From the IMG/VR virus record IMGVR_UViG_3300025655_003289, positions 743 through 64,742 of that record: DNA of 64,000 bases; one strand, written 5' to 3'. The notes under the pieces were generated by a model. The model had not been told where the DNA came from and did not search any database. It saw nothing but the letters and a program-made list of their open reading frames with translations. Every line of letters begins with the position of its first letter. The first letter of the stretch is position 1. Below are positions 8,872-18,688 of the stretch, one piece after another. The position numbers and the translations under genes are program-made. Source of the stretch: a virus (lineage: Duplodnaviria > Caudoviricetes).

Positions 8872-10998
8872 ATGAGTTTATACGATAGTGCCAGCCTGGC
8901 AATGATACCTTCTGGAATAAAGGACGGAAAGTTATATTCCGCAAAACCCATTAATGGAGCAGGTGATTTTACATTTACACGAGGAGCGAATCTTGCTGCC
9001 ACACGAGTAGATGAGAATGGACTTATAGAGAAAGGTAGAGAGAATCTATTGTTGCACAGTAATCAGTTTGATACTACTTGGACAAATGTTTCTTCATCTG
9101 AAACTGGAGGACAAGCAGGTTATGATGGTTCGACTGATGCTTGGAAACTTGATATTAGTTCCACTCCTGCATTCATTGCTCAAAGTATATCACTTTCTAA
9201 TTTGCAAACATTAAGCTTTTATGCTAAAGCAGGTACACTTAATTTTTGTCGCATTTATTCTGCTACTGGCCCAAATAGTTATGCTGATTTTGATTTAGTG
9301 AATGGAACTGTTGGAACTACTAATCTATGCATTGATACTAATATAGAAAGTATAGGAAATGGCTGGTATAGATGTTCAATCACATTTAGTGCAAATACAA
9401 GCGCTATTAGAATTTATCCAATTCAAGCCGACAATGATTTAACTGCAACAAGCGGTAACATCTACATCCAAGACGCACAATTAGAGGTAGGACTTGTAGC
9501 AACAGACTATATACCTTCCTCTAAGAATCTATTGTTGCAGAGTAATAAGTTTAATACTACTTGGGCTCCGTCATCAGTAACAGCAACAGGTGGACAAACA
9601 GGTTATGATAGCACAAGTGACGCTTGGTTATTAAGTAAAAGCGCATCTGATGGCTATATTTATCAAGATATATCTTATAGTGGGGTTCAATCATTAAGTG
9701 TTTATGCTAAATCAAATACTCTTGATGGTTTACAAATTTATGTAAATGCTCCTAGTGTAAGTTATCAAAACTTCAATTTGCAAGATGGAATATTAGCTTC
9801 TAATTCAAATGTAATTTCTTCTAATATTCAAAATATTGGGAATGGTTGGTATCGTTGCTCAATGGTATTTAATAGTTCAATAACAAGAGTTCGTTTGTAT
9901 CCAGCAACTAAAACTGGAGATAAAAGCGGCACAAGCGGTTCAATCTACATCCAAGATGCACAACTTGAATTAGGTAGCACAGCTACTACATACGATGAAA
10001 CTACTACTGGAACATCAAAGGCAGGTATATTAGAAAACCTTCCTAGACTTGATTATACTGATTCTTCTTGCCCTAGTTTGTTGCTAGAGCCTACAAGAAC
10101 AAATATAATAACGCATAGTGAGTATTTCGCAGATTCAAGTTGGAGTAAAAGCATTAATCCATCAATCTTTTCAACTTCTGAAGTCTCTCCAGATGGAAGT
10201 ACTGGAAATGTTTATAGATTTTCCGCATCGAATGCTAATGTTTTTGTATCACCAACGACAGGGGTTCAATATACTATTTCTTTTTACGTCAAAAGCAATG
10301 GAGCGGGAAAAGATAAATTTAAATTAAGATTAGGAAGTAATGAAAGTTCAGATATTACTGCTACTAATGAATGGGTTAGACATAGTTATACTGCAACGGC
10401 TGACAGTGCCGTAGCTGGAATAAAAACTGCCTTCTCTCCAGATAATGAAGTTGATATTCTAATTTACGGAGCGCAACTAGAAGCAGGCTCTTACCCTACA
10501 TCATACATCCCTACATACGGTACTAGTGTAACAAGAAGTGTTGATTCTTGTTCTGTTTTGAATGTTGCTTCCTTAATAGGGCAAAGTGAAGGTACAATTT
10601 TATTTGATGCTAAATTTCAAGATGCAGATAGAGTAAATTTTTCATTAAGCGATTCAACAGCAAACAATCACATAACCATAGATACTTCTAGTTCATATTC
10701 TGTTTTCGCACGGATTGTAGCAGGTGGAGTTACACAGGCTGAAATAAGCACTATAACTTCTTATTTTTCAAATGGAGATACATTAAAATGCGCAGTAGCT
10801 TACGCGGCAAATGATTTTGCTTTTTACATCAACGGAACGCAAATAGGCGTAGATGCATCGGGAACTATTCCTTTGTGTGATGATATTAAATTTGCAAGAT
10901 ACAATGGTTCAATTAACGCATATCAAAATGTAAATAAAGTTCTCTTATTTAAAAGCAGATTATCCAATACAGAATTAATAGCACTCACAACTATATAA
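8872..10998 (+). CDS. Tail fibre / receptor-binding protein paralogue 3 with internal module duplication
   Basis: NLLLxSNxFxTTW...TGGQxGYDxxxDAW...IYIQDAQLE occurs twice, then PRLDY...LLLEPTRTN and a LamG-like C-terminus. Confidence 0.75.
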   Translation: MSLYDSASLAMIPSGIKDGKLYSAKPINGAGDFTFTRGANLAATRVDENGLIEKGRENLLLHSNQFDTTWTNVSSSETGGQAGYDGSTDAWKLDISSTPAFIAQSISLSNLQTLSFYAKAGTLNFCRIYSATGPNSYADFDLVNGTVGTTNLCIDTNIESIGNGWYRCSITFSANTSAIRIYPIQADNDLTATSGNIYIQDAQLEVGLVATDYIPSSKNLLLQSNKFNTTWAPSSVTATGGQTGYDSTSDAWLLSKSASDGYIYQDISYSGVQSLSVYAKSNTLDGLQIYVNAPSVSYQNFNLQDGILASNSNVISSNIQNIGNGWYRCSMVFNSSITRVRLYPATKTGDKSGTSGSIYIQDAQLELGSTATTYDETTTGTSKAGILENLPRLDYTDSSCPSLLLEPTRTNIITHSEYFADSSWSKSINPSIFSTSEVSPDGSTGNVYRFSASNANVFVSPTTGVQYTISFYVKSNGAGKDKFKLRLGSNESSDITATNEWVRHSYTATADSAVAGIKTAFSPDNEVDILIYGAQLEAGSYPTSYIPTYGTSVTRSVDSCSVLNVASLIGQSEGTILFDAKFQDADRVNFSLSDSTANNHITIDTSSSYSVFARIVAGGVTQAEISTITSYFSNGDTLKCAVAYAANDFAFYINGTQIGVDASGTIPLCDDIKFARYNGSINAYQNVNKVLLFKSRLSNTELIALTTI

Positions 10999-11000
10999 CT

Positions 11001-11363
11001 ATGTTTAGAAAATATCAATTTGCAAGCGAATCCGAAGCCGATGCTAAAATTGTAGCATTAGGTGTAGATGAAGAGGGGAATCCTTCACACAAGCACGGAA
11101 TAGTACGTTTAGGAAACCTTATCATTGAGCAAGCGACATACGATGAGGAAGGAAACGAAATAACACCTCCTGTTCTATCTGATACTTATCACATTGACGT
11201 ACTATGGGATGGAGAACCTGATGCTTCTTGGAATGCTAATATGGTATGGTGTAAACCTTTAGGTGTTCACGTTTTCGGTTCTTCAAGTGCCATCCGAGAA
11301 TGGACAGAGAAATGCAAAGAATTACACCCTGAATATTTCCCAGAACCTGAAGTGATTGAGTAA
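11001..11363 (+). CDS. Acidic partner/chaperone of the tail fibre
   Basis: Paralogue of 8253..8615. Confidence 0.6.
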   Translation: MFRKYQFASESEADAKIVALGVDEEGNPSHKHGIVRLGNLIIEQATYDEEGNEITPPVLSDTYHIDVLWDGEPDASWNANMVWCKPLGVHVFGSSSAIREWTEKCKELHPEYFPEPEVIE

Positions 11364-11389
11364 GAAAAATAACTTTAAAATTAAATTAA

Positions 11390-11617
11390 ATGGAAAACAA
11401 ATTGACAGATGAACAGTTTAGACTATTAAAATCTAAATTACAAGGATTAACCACAATTCAAGCTGAAATAGGGATGCTTGAAACCAGAAAACATGAATTG
11501 CTTCACGATGCGTCTAATGCAAAAGAGAGGCTAAAAGATTACCAGTCCGAATTACAGAAAGAATATGGAGACATATCAGTAAACATGGAGGACGGAACCT
11601 TTACAAAACCAGAGTAA
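11390..11617 (+). CDS. Coiled-coil hypothetical protein
   Basis: 75-aa helical ORF ending YGDISVNMEDGTF. Confidence 0.6.
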   Translation: MENKLTDEQFRLLKSKLQGLTTIQAEIGMLETRKHELLHDASNAKERLKDYQSELQKEYGDISVNMEDGTFTKPE

Positions 11618-11635
11618 CAATTAATTTTAACCATT

Positions 11636-11920
11636 ATGACCTATTTTTACCAAACCTTTACTCGGTCGCAAGGCGACATGGGTATAACCGAAGAAAACAA
11701 AGAGTTATGGGAAAAGATAACTCAAAAGAAAAATTGGAGAATTGTAAAACTTCCAAACGGATATTACCAATCCGAATACTTCCACGATGAAAAGTGGGTT
11801 GACGTAACCAGGAGAGCTACAATGGAATCATGTGAGAAGGCTATTGACGATTCAATAGAGTACTATAAAAAGAAACTAGAAACACCAAAAGGACCAGTAG
11901 TTGTAAAAACTTTTGAATAA
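11636..11920 (+). CDS. Hypothetical protein
   Basis: ORF in operon context. Confidence 0.6.
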   Translation: MTYFYQTFTRSQGDMGITEENKELWEKITQKKNWRIVKLPNGYYQSEYFHDEKWVDVTRRATMESCEKAIDDSIEYYKKKLETPKGPVVVKTFE

Positions 11921-11942
11921 CCACTATATCAAATTAAATTAA

Positions 11943-13517
11943 ATGGAGTACAATAATCCTAGTGAGATAGTTAAGGACTTGACTTTCGGGAAGGAAGCAA
12001 GTGATAAGATAATGTCTGGAGTAGAGAAGCTGGCCCAAGCGGTCAGCTCTACTCTCGGAGCTTCTGGAAAGTGTGTTATATATGAAGACGCTTTAGGAAA
12101 GCCAGTAATAACAAAAGATGGTGTTACGGTTGCTGAAAGTGTTGTTCTTATGGATCCTGTTGAGAACATGGGAGCTACACTTATAAAAGAAGCCGCAAGA
12201 AATACAGTTAAGCAAGCCGGAGATGGAACAACTACAGCTACAGTTCTAGCTCACGCTATACTGAAAAGTTTAAGGGAAAGTGATATTGACTTTAGGGAGC
12301 TTAAAAGCGGTGTTAATAGTGCTCTTGAAAAAGTATTAAAGTACATCGACTCTATAAAGAAAGATGTTACTGATGAAAATATAGAAGACGTAGCTTCCAT
12401 ATCAACGAATAACGATAGTGATTTAGGGTATACTATAGCTCAAGCATATAGGTTTGTTGGAAGGAATGGAGTTGTGTTGATGGAAGAGTCTGAGTCTGAA
12501 AAGACTTATATAGAATTTGAGAAGGGAGTTAATTTTGATTCAGGATTAAAGTCTCAGCACTTTGCTACAAACGAGGAGAATGATAAGTGTGAATTAGATA
12601 ACCCATATATACTAATATCAAAAACTCCAATTGAAAGCATAAGAAAGATTCAAGCAATACTTGAATTTGTTATTAAAGAAAAAAGAAGTTTACTAATCAT
12701 CGGAGAGGTAGCACAACAACCAATGTCTGCGTTATTGATGAATAAAGTAAAAGGAAACATAAAGGTAAACGTCGTCGATTTGCCAGGGTTTGGACCAACA
12801 AAGATGGATACGCTACAAGATTTAGCAATCTTAACCGGAGCAAAGCTTATAGACGAGTCTCTTGGAGATGATATGGAACTTATGGATCCAAGCGTTCTCG
12901 GAACATCAGCAAAGTCCGTAACCGATAATAAGAATACCGTTTTAAAGATTGATGACGATGTTTTCGGTCTAGATGATAGGATTAAATCTGTAGAGGATAA
13001 GATGTCCAAGGAAGAGAATCCTTTCATAAAAAAGAAACTAGAACAAAGGCTTGCAATGCTTACTGGGTCTTTATCCGTTATAAAGGTAGGGGCTCAAAGC
13101 AAAGTAGAGTTAAAGGAAAAGAAAGATAGGGTTGAGGATGCAATATATGCTGTAAAGGCGGCTCTTCAAGAAGGGATTGTTCCTGGTGGAGGTGTAGCAT
13201 TGGTTGACGCATCATTAAAAGTCAAAACATCGTCTGAGGCTGAAAATGTTTTAATTAAGGCTATAACTAAACCATTCTTCAAGATACTAGAAAACTCAGG
13301 GTTTGATGGAGTCCAAGAAACTATAGAGAATAAGAGAGCGGGAAAAGGAATTGATGTAACTACTGGTAAAACAGTAGATATGGTTAAGGTTGGAATCATA
13401 GACCCAGCTCTAGTAACTAAAACAGCCTTAAAGAATGCTGTCAGTGTCGCTCTTACTATTATGTCTGCGGATTGTGTTATATCTAATAAAAGGATAGGTG
13501 ATGAAAGCGATAAATGA
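11943..13517 (+). CDS. groEL: Chaperonin GroEL (phage-encoded)
   Basis: ITKDGVTVA, AGDGTTTATVLA, KKDRVEDA, GIVPGGG, GIIDP motifs. No C-terminal GGM tail. Confidence 0.95.
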   Translation: MEYNNPSEIVKDLTFGKEASDKIMSGVEKLAQAVSSTLGASGKCVIYEDALGKPVITKDGVTVAESVVLMDPVENMGATLIKEAARNTVKQAGDGTTTATVLAHAILKSLRESDIDFRELKSGVNSALEKVLKYIDSIKKDVTDENIEDVASISTNNDSDLGYTIAQAYRFVGRNGVVLMEESESEKTYIEFEKGVNFDSGLKSQHFATNEENDKCELDNPYILISKTPIESIRKIQAILEFVIKEKRSLLIIGEVAQQPMSALLMNKVKGNIKVNVVDLPGFGPTKMDTLQDLAILTGAKLIDESLGDDMELMDPSVLGTSAKSVTDNKNTVLKIDDDVFGLDDRIKSVEDKMSKEENPFIKKKLEQRLAMLTGSLSVIKVGAQSKVELKEKKDRVEDAIYAVKAALQEGIVPGGGVALVDASLKVKTSSEAENVLIKAITKPFFKILENSGFDGVQETIENKRAGKGIDVTTGKTVDMVKVGIIDPALVTKTALKNAVSVALTIMSADCVISNKRIGDESDK

Positions 13518-13761
13518 TTATGTGATTGTTAATCCAATCAAGGAAGAGCCTAAGTCTGTAGGTGGATTTATTATAACAGAAAACACAACAAAAGACATAC
13601 GATATTTAAAGGGGTCTATTATAAGTTGTGGCAATTTCACAGAAGGTATAAGTGAGTCAAATATAATTTATTACGATAAACATGCTGGACATAGCGTCAT
13701 TGTTGACGGAGCTCAGTATCTTGTTATACGTCAAAGAGATATAGTTTTAGTAGAAAATTAA
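13498..13761 (+). CDS. groES: Co-chaperonin GroES
   Basis: KAINDYVIV...GGFII...G...YYDKHAG...DG..YLVIRQRDI, adjacent to groEL. Confidence 0.85.
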   Translation: MMKAINDYVIVNPIKEEPKSVGGFIITENTTKDIRYLKGSIISCGNFTEGISESNIIYYDKHAGHSVIVDGAQYLVIRQRDIVLVEN

Positions 13762-13779
13762 CAAATTAATATTTAGAAA

Positions 13780-14133
13780 ATGGTAACAAACGTAGAAAGA
13801 TACTTAATGTTCAGAGTATCAGCAACTTCAGGAAAAACTTTTCCTTTAAGTAGATTAGAGCAAATTGAGATAGGCTCTGCTACTACAATTTTATTGCAAT
13901 TCTCAAGAGGATATAATGGGGCTATTTCTGGTTCAAATCTTGTTCAAGACTTTGAGACAGTAACCCTAACTGTCCCAAGTGGAACTGATCATTTCTCAGT
14001 TATACAAGAAATTCTTGAGTCTGTTGATGATGCTCTTGTAAATTCAACACGTTATAATCCATATTCAGTTGTGGCTGATAAGGTTAGTGGAGTTTATCTT
14101 GTTCCATCAATAACAGATGTAGCATTCTCATAA
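13780..14133 (+). CDS. Hypothetical protein
   Basis: ORF in operon context. Confidence 0.55.
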   Translation: MVTNVERYLMFRVSATSGKTFPLSRLEQIEIGSATTILLQFSRGYNGAISGSNLVQDFETVTLTVPSGTDHFSVIQEILESVDDALVNSTRYNPYSVVADKVSGVYLVPSITDVAFS

Positions 14134-14136
14134 TGA

Positions 14137-14577
14137 ATGAATATTAGTGTTCAAGACCTTAGAGACATAAAGTTCTTAAAGTATTATCGTTTAGTCCGAA
14201 AATGGGCCGCTAAAACAAACGGCATAACTGAAAGCGATCTTGAGATGTTGATATATCTAGATGCTTTAGAGCGATTTACTATAAATGACTTTAAGGAAGG
14301 AACATATATATATACATGGGATAAGCATCGCTGGTCTAGATTAAAGAAAGACGGATGGGTTGTTGTATGGAGACAGGCGGATAGAAAGGCTGGGAAATAC
14401 AATATATATGCCGTATCTTTAAAGACTAAGATGTTAATAACCAGGATATATAAAATATTACTTGGCCAAGAGGATTTGCCAACATCAAGAGTTAATGCAT
14501 TCTATAAAAACAAGACATATACCGACAAAGTAATGAATAAAGCTATGGACGATATGTTAAAAGATAAAGACAGATAA
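14137..14577 (+). CDS. Winged-helix-like hypothetical protein
   Basis: GITESDLEMLIYL...RLKKDGWV...IYAVSLK resembles MarR-type wHTH spacing. Confidence 0.5.
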   Translation: MNISVQDLRDIKFLKYYRLVRKWAAKTNGITESDLEMLIYLDALERFTINDFKEGTYIYTWDKHRWSRLKKDGWVVVWRQADRKAGKYNIYAVSLKTKMLITRIYKILLGQEDLPTSRVNAFYKNKTYTDKVMNKAMDDMLKDKDR

Positions 14578-14674
14578 TTATGATGTATAAGAAAAGTAAA
14601 GAGAAAAGTAAAGCAGGCTCAAAGAAATGCCCTAAGTGTGGTAAAATGATGACTAAAAACCACAAGTGTAAGTA

Positions 14675-14974
14675 ATGGCTGGCAAAGTAGATAAATCAAA
14701 GATGGCTTGCAATAAGCCAAGAGCAAGTACTCGTCCTGGAAAGAAGAAAATGGTTAAGGCTTGTAGCGGTGGCACTGAAAAGATTATTCATTTCGGAGCC
14801 AAGGGCTACGGCCATAATTATTCTGATGCCGCCAGGAAAAGCTTTAAAGCAAGGCATAACTGTGCTGAAGCTAAAGATAAACTAACGGCTAGATACTGGG
14901 CTTGTAAAAACCTATGGGCTGGAAAAGGAGGCTCTACGCAGTCAAGTCCTAAAACTAGAAAAGGTAAATACTAA
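14675..14974 (+). CDS. Small basic phage protein
   Basis: KIIHFG...RKSFKARHNC...ARYWAC motif, K-rich. Confidence 0.65.
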   Translation: MAGKVDKSKMACNKPRASTRPGKKKMVKACSGGTEKIIHFGAKGYGHNYSDAARKSFKARHNCAEAKDKLTARYWACKNLWAGKGGSTQSSPKTRKGKY

Positions 14975-15432
14975 TGCCAAAGAAAAGATTTAAAGATACT
15001 AAGGTTGGCGAATTTCTCACTAAAAATGGCTCTTACATTGTAAGGGCTATTGGTGATTCAATTCCAGATAAAGGATTGTTAGGATTAGCTAAAAATCTAA
15101 TTATCGATGATAAAAACATGCATGAATCAGATAGAAACATTGCATTGAATTTATTATCTCTTGATGAAAAAGAGATGGATGATATCACTGGAAGGTGGGA
15201 GGCTGATGCTTCTTCAGACAATAAGTTAGCAAAAATAGCAAGGCCTATTATTGTATTGTATCTTACATTAATAGTAACTGTATATATAATACTAGACTCA
15301 GCCGGAATATTTGTAATGGATAGTAACTGGATAGACCTTATGGAAACTCTTTTGGTTACTGTGTATGTTGCTTATTTTGGATCTAGAGGCATTGAAAAGT
15401 ACACTAAAATAAAATCAAAAGGTGAAAAATGA
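14974..15432 (+). CDS. Holin-like membrane protein
   Basis: RWEAD..SD...ARP, two hydrophobic helices, YFGSRGIEK. Confidence 0.65.
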   Translation: MPKKRFKDTKVGEFLTKNGSYIVRAIGDSIPDKGLLGLAKNLIIDDKNMHESDRNIALNLLSLDEKEMDDITGRWEADASSDNKLAKIARPIIVLYLTLIVTVYIILDSAGIFVMDSNWIDLMETLLVTVYVAYFGSRGIEKYTKIKSKGEK

Positions 15433-15647
15433 ATTTAATAAGAAAAATATCAATAGGCAGAGATTATAAAGACTCAGCCATGCATTATGCGGTGGGCCAG
15501 GAGGTGTACGGAGGGCATAAAATATGTGACATCATAGAAGAAGACGATAAGTACAGGGTGTTTATTAAAAAAGGAAATGATGTATTGCCATGGAAAGATT
15601 TCAATAAGAACATGGCTATTAGTGTTGAGTTTAATTTAGAATATTAA
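15429..15647 (+). CDS. Hypothetical protein
   Basis: Translationally coupled ORF. Confidence 0.6.
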   Translation: MNLIRKISIGRDYKDSAMHYAVGQEVYGGHKICDIIEEDDKYRVFIKKGNDVLPWKDFNKNMAISVEFNLEY

Positions 15648-16252
15648 TGAGAAGCTTATATAGTTTTATAATAAAACCAAAAGACCAAAGATATAATAAT
15701 AAAAAGAAAGTAGGGGATTCGGAGTTGATATTGAACACTGAAATGCAAAACCACCAATACGTAAGTAGAAATGGTATTGTAGTTCAAACCCCGATAAATG
15801 GAAAGACTGGAATATCGATAGGTGATGAGGTAATACTACATCACAATGTATTCAGGAGGTTCTACGATGTTAGGGGTGAGGAAAAGAACTCATATAGCTT
15901 CTTTAATGAAGATGAATATTTTGTAGACCCTGAACAAATATATATGTATAAAAAGAACGGGGTATGGAAGCCGGTTGATGGCTACTGTTTTGTTAAACCC
16001 TTAATAAATAAAGACGAGTTAAACACATCGTCAAGACAAGACTTAACAGGTGTTGTAAAATATGTGGATAACACATTGAAAAAGAATGGTATTAAATTAA
16101 ATGACTTAGTTGGTTTTACTAAAGATAGTGAATACGAGTTTGTTATAGACGGCGATTTGCTATACAGAGTTCCAACAAGTTCTATATGTATTAAGTATGA
16201 ATATCAAGGAGACGAAGTCGAGTATAATACAAGCTGGCTACAAGGCAGTTGA
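15647..16252 (+). CDS. Tandem GroES-like domain protein
   Basis: Two GroES-like halves: SLYSFIIKP...GIVV...ISIGDEVILH, and KPVDGYCFVKP...GVVKY...GIKLNDLVGF...IDGDLLYRV. Confidence 0.6.
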   Translation: MRSLYSFIIKPKDQRYNNKKKVGDSELILNTEMQNHQYVSRNGIVVQTPINGKTGISIGDEVILHHNVFRRFYDVRGEEKNSYSFFNEDEYFVDPEQIYMYKKNGVWKPVDGYCFVKPLINKDELNTSSRQDLTGVVKYVDNTLKKNGIKLNDLVGFTKDSEYEFVIDGDLLYRVPTSSICIKYEYQGDEVEYNTSWLQGS

Positions 16253-16475
16253 AGAACTAATAAAGGTTGCAGAGGAGAAGATTATAACTAATACTGATGA
16301 CGATGTTAGTGCAGATAGATTAAAGAATGCTGCTGCAACAAAGAAACTAGCTATCTTCGATGCTTTCGAGATACTAAATCGCATTGAGGAGGAAAAAGAT
16401 CGGCTAGAGAACAAACCTAAAGAAATAGACGAGAGCAAGGTGTTTAAAGGCTTTGCAGAAAGGAGGTCTAAATGA
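16197..16475 (+). CDS. Putative terminase small subunit
   Basis: Helical 92-aa ORF overlapping the start of terL. Assigned by position. Confidence 0.5.
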   Translation: MNIKETKSSIIQAGYKAVEELIKVAEEKIITNTDDDVSADRLKNAAATKKLAIFDAFEILNRIEEEKDRLENKPKEIDESKVFKGFAERRSK

Positions 16476-18688
16476 CGGAGTATAAACAAACGTTATTCAG
16501 CATCGTCGAACCAATACGAACAAACACACTTGTTAGACTAAATAAAAGCAAGTCTTGGGAGTATGGCTACAACAAGGAGCACGATATAGTTGTTATAAGT
16601 AGGACTGGTCAGATAGGCGAAATATACGAAATACAAAATCTCAAAATAGCTCTTCCTCCAGAGCCCAAAGGATTAAAAAAGGGTGAGGATAGATGGATTG
16701 CTTCTGAGTATCCAAAAGAGCTTAGTCAAATAAAAAGTATATTTGAATGGGATACATACCCGAAAGAGTTTAAAGAAAAGTGGTATGCATATATTGATAC
16801 AGAGTTTACCAGGCGCGAAGAAGGTTATTGGTTTTATAATAAAGGCAAAGCTACTTATATTACTGGGACTCATTATATGTATCTTCAGTGGACTAAAATT
16901 GACGTAGGAAGACCAGATTTTAGAGAAGCGAATAGATTGTTTTTTATCTTCTGGGAAGCTTGCAAAGCCGATAGCAGAAGCTACGGGATGTGTTATTTGA
17001 AGAATAGACGTTCTGGATTCTCATTTATGTCATCAGCTGAAACAGTCAATTTAGCAACCATAAAGTCTGACGCTAGATTTGGTATACTATCTAAATCTGG
17101 AGCTGACGCAAAGAAAATGTTTACAGACAAGGTTGTTCCTATATCTATAAACTATCCATTCTTCTTTAAGCCGATACAAGATGGTATGGATAGACCTAAA
17201 ACAGAATTAGCGTATCGAGTGCCGGCATCGAAACTGACAAAGAAGAACATAACGAATGTCAATGATGTTAAGATGATGGAAGGGCTAGATACAACCATAG
17301 ACTGGAAGAATACGGGAGACAACTCTTATGATGGTGAAAAGCTAAGTTTATTGGTCCACGATGAAGCTGGTAAGTGGCTAAAGCCTGACAACATATTGAA
17401 TAACTGGAGGGTAACCAAAACAACGTTAAGACTTGGTAGTAGGGTTACTGGAAAGTGTATGATGGGATCAACATCTAATGCACTTGATAAAGGAGGTGAG
17501 AACTTTAAGAAACTATATTATGACTCCGACGTTACAAAAAGAAATAAGAATGGACAAACTCGCAGTGGATTATATAGTTTGTTCATCCCTATGGAATGGA
17601 ACTACGAAGGATACATTGATTCTTATGGACACCCTGTTTTCCTTACGCCAGAAGAACCTACTTATGGACCACTTGGGGATAACATCGAAATAGGAGTTAT
17701 AGAGCATTGGGAGAATGAAGCAGAAGGATTAAGAGATGATCAAGACGCGTTAAACGAATTTTATAGGCAATTCCCTAGAAGTGAGCAACATGCGTTTAGA
17801 GATGAAACAAAAAGTAGTATATTTAACTTAGCTAAGATATACGAACAAATAGATTACAACGAAGGAATAGGTTACTCCAATGTTATAACAAAGGGTAATT
17901 TCCAATGGGAGAATGGAGTAAAAGATACAAGAGTTATGTTTGTTCCTGATAGCGGAGGAAGGTTTAAGGTGTCATGGATACCAAGTATAAACCTTCAAAA
18001 CCGTGTAATAGAAAAAAATGGAATGAAATATCCAGGTAACGAACACATTGGCGCTTTTGGATGCGATAGTTACGATATATCTGGAACTGTAGACAAGAGA
18101 AGTTCTAAAGGAGCTTTACATGGACTTACTAAATTCAATATGGATGAGGCTCCAAGCAACACTTTCTTTTTAGAATATGTAGCAAGGCCTCAAACAGCAG
18201 AAATATTTTTTGAAGATGTATTAATGGCACTTATCTTTTATGGTATGCCAATACTTGCCGAAAATAACAAACCAAGACTTTTGTATTATATTAAACGTAG
18301 AGGATACAGGGGGTTCTCAATGAATAGACCCGACAAGACCTTTACCAAATTATCTCCAGCTGAAAAAGAGATAGGGGGAATACCTAACTCTGGAGAAGAT
18401 ATAAAGCAAGCTCATGCTGCGGCAATCGAAAGTTATATAGATAAATATGTTGGACACATCGGAGACGGTAATTATGGAACAATGTATTTTGACAGAACAC
18501 TTCAAGATTGGTCTGGTTTCGACATCAACAATAGAACTAAATTTGATGCAGCCATCAGTTCTGGGTTAGCAATTATGGCTTGTAATAGGAATCTATACAA
18601 ACCAACAGAGGATAAGAAAGTTAAGAAACTTGACTTTGGCTTCAAGAAATATAATAACTCAGGAGCTGTTTCAAAAATACTAGAATAA
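16472..18688 (+). CDS. terL: Terminase large subunit
   Basis: Walker A-like KNRRSGFS, Walker B LLVHDEAGK, motif C GST, nuclease GCDSYD...FDAAISSG. Confidence 0.9.
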   Translation: MTEYKQTLFSIVEPIRTNTLVRLNKSKSWEYGYNKEHDIVVISRTGQIGEIYEIQNLKIALPPEPKGLKKGEDRWIASEYPKELSQIKSIFEWDTYPKEFKEKWYAYIDTEFTRREEGYWFYNKGKATYITGTHYMYLQWTKIDVGRPDFREANRLFFIFWEACKADSRSYGMCYLKNRRSGFSFMSSAETVNLATIKSDARFGILSKSGADAKKMFTDKVVPISINYPFFFKPIQDGMDRPKTELAYRVPASKLTKKNITNVNDVKMMEGLDTTIDWKNTGDNSYDGEKLSLLVHDEAGKWLKPDNILNNWRVTKTTLRLGSRVTGKCMMGSTSNALDKGGENFKKLYYDSDVTKRNKNGQTRSGLYSLFIPMEWNYEGYIDSYGHPVFLTPEEPTYGPLGDNIEIGVIEHWENEAEGLRDDQDALNEFYRQFPRSEQHAFRDETKSSIFNLAKIYEQIDYNEGIGYSNVITKGNFQWENGVKDTRVMFVPDSGGRFKVSWIPSINLQNRVIEKNGMKYPGNEHIGAFGCDSYDISGTVDKRSSKGALHGLTKFNMDEAPSNTFFLEYVARPQTAEIFFEDVLMALIFYGMPILAENNKPRLLYYIKRRGYRGFSMNRPDKTFTKLSPAEKEIGGIPNSGEDIKQAHAAAIESYIDKYVGHIGDGNYGTMYFDRTLQDWSGFDINNRTKFDAAISSGLAIMACNRNLYKPTEDKKVKKLDFGFKKYNNSGAVSKILE

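Noticed and set aside
8631-8872. Readthrough or frameshift joining the 59-aa ORF to the third fibre
   Set aside because: The frames differ, another in-frame stop lies in the gap, no slippery site is evident, and the downstream ORF has its own ATG.
5118-10998. Diversity-generating retroelement or invertible tail-fibre shufflon
   Set aside because: No reverse transcriptase or recombinase, no adenine-specific TR/VR pair, and all paralogues are co-oriented.
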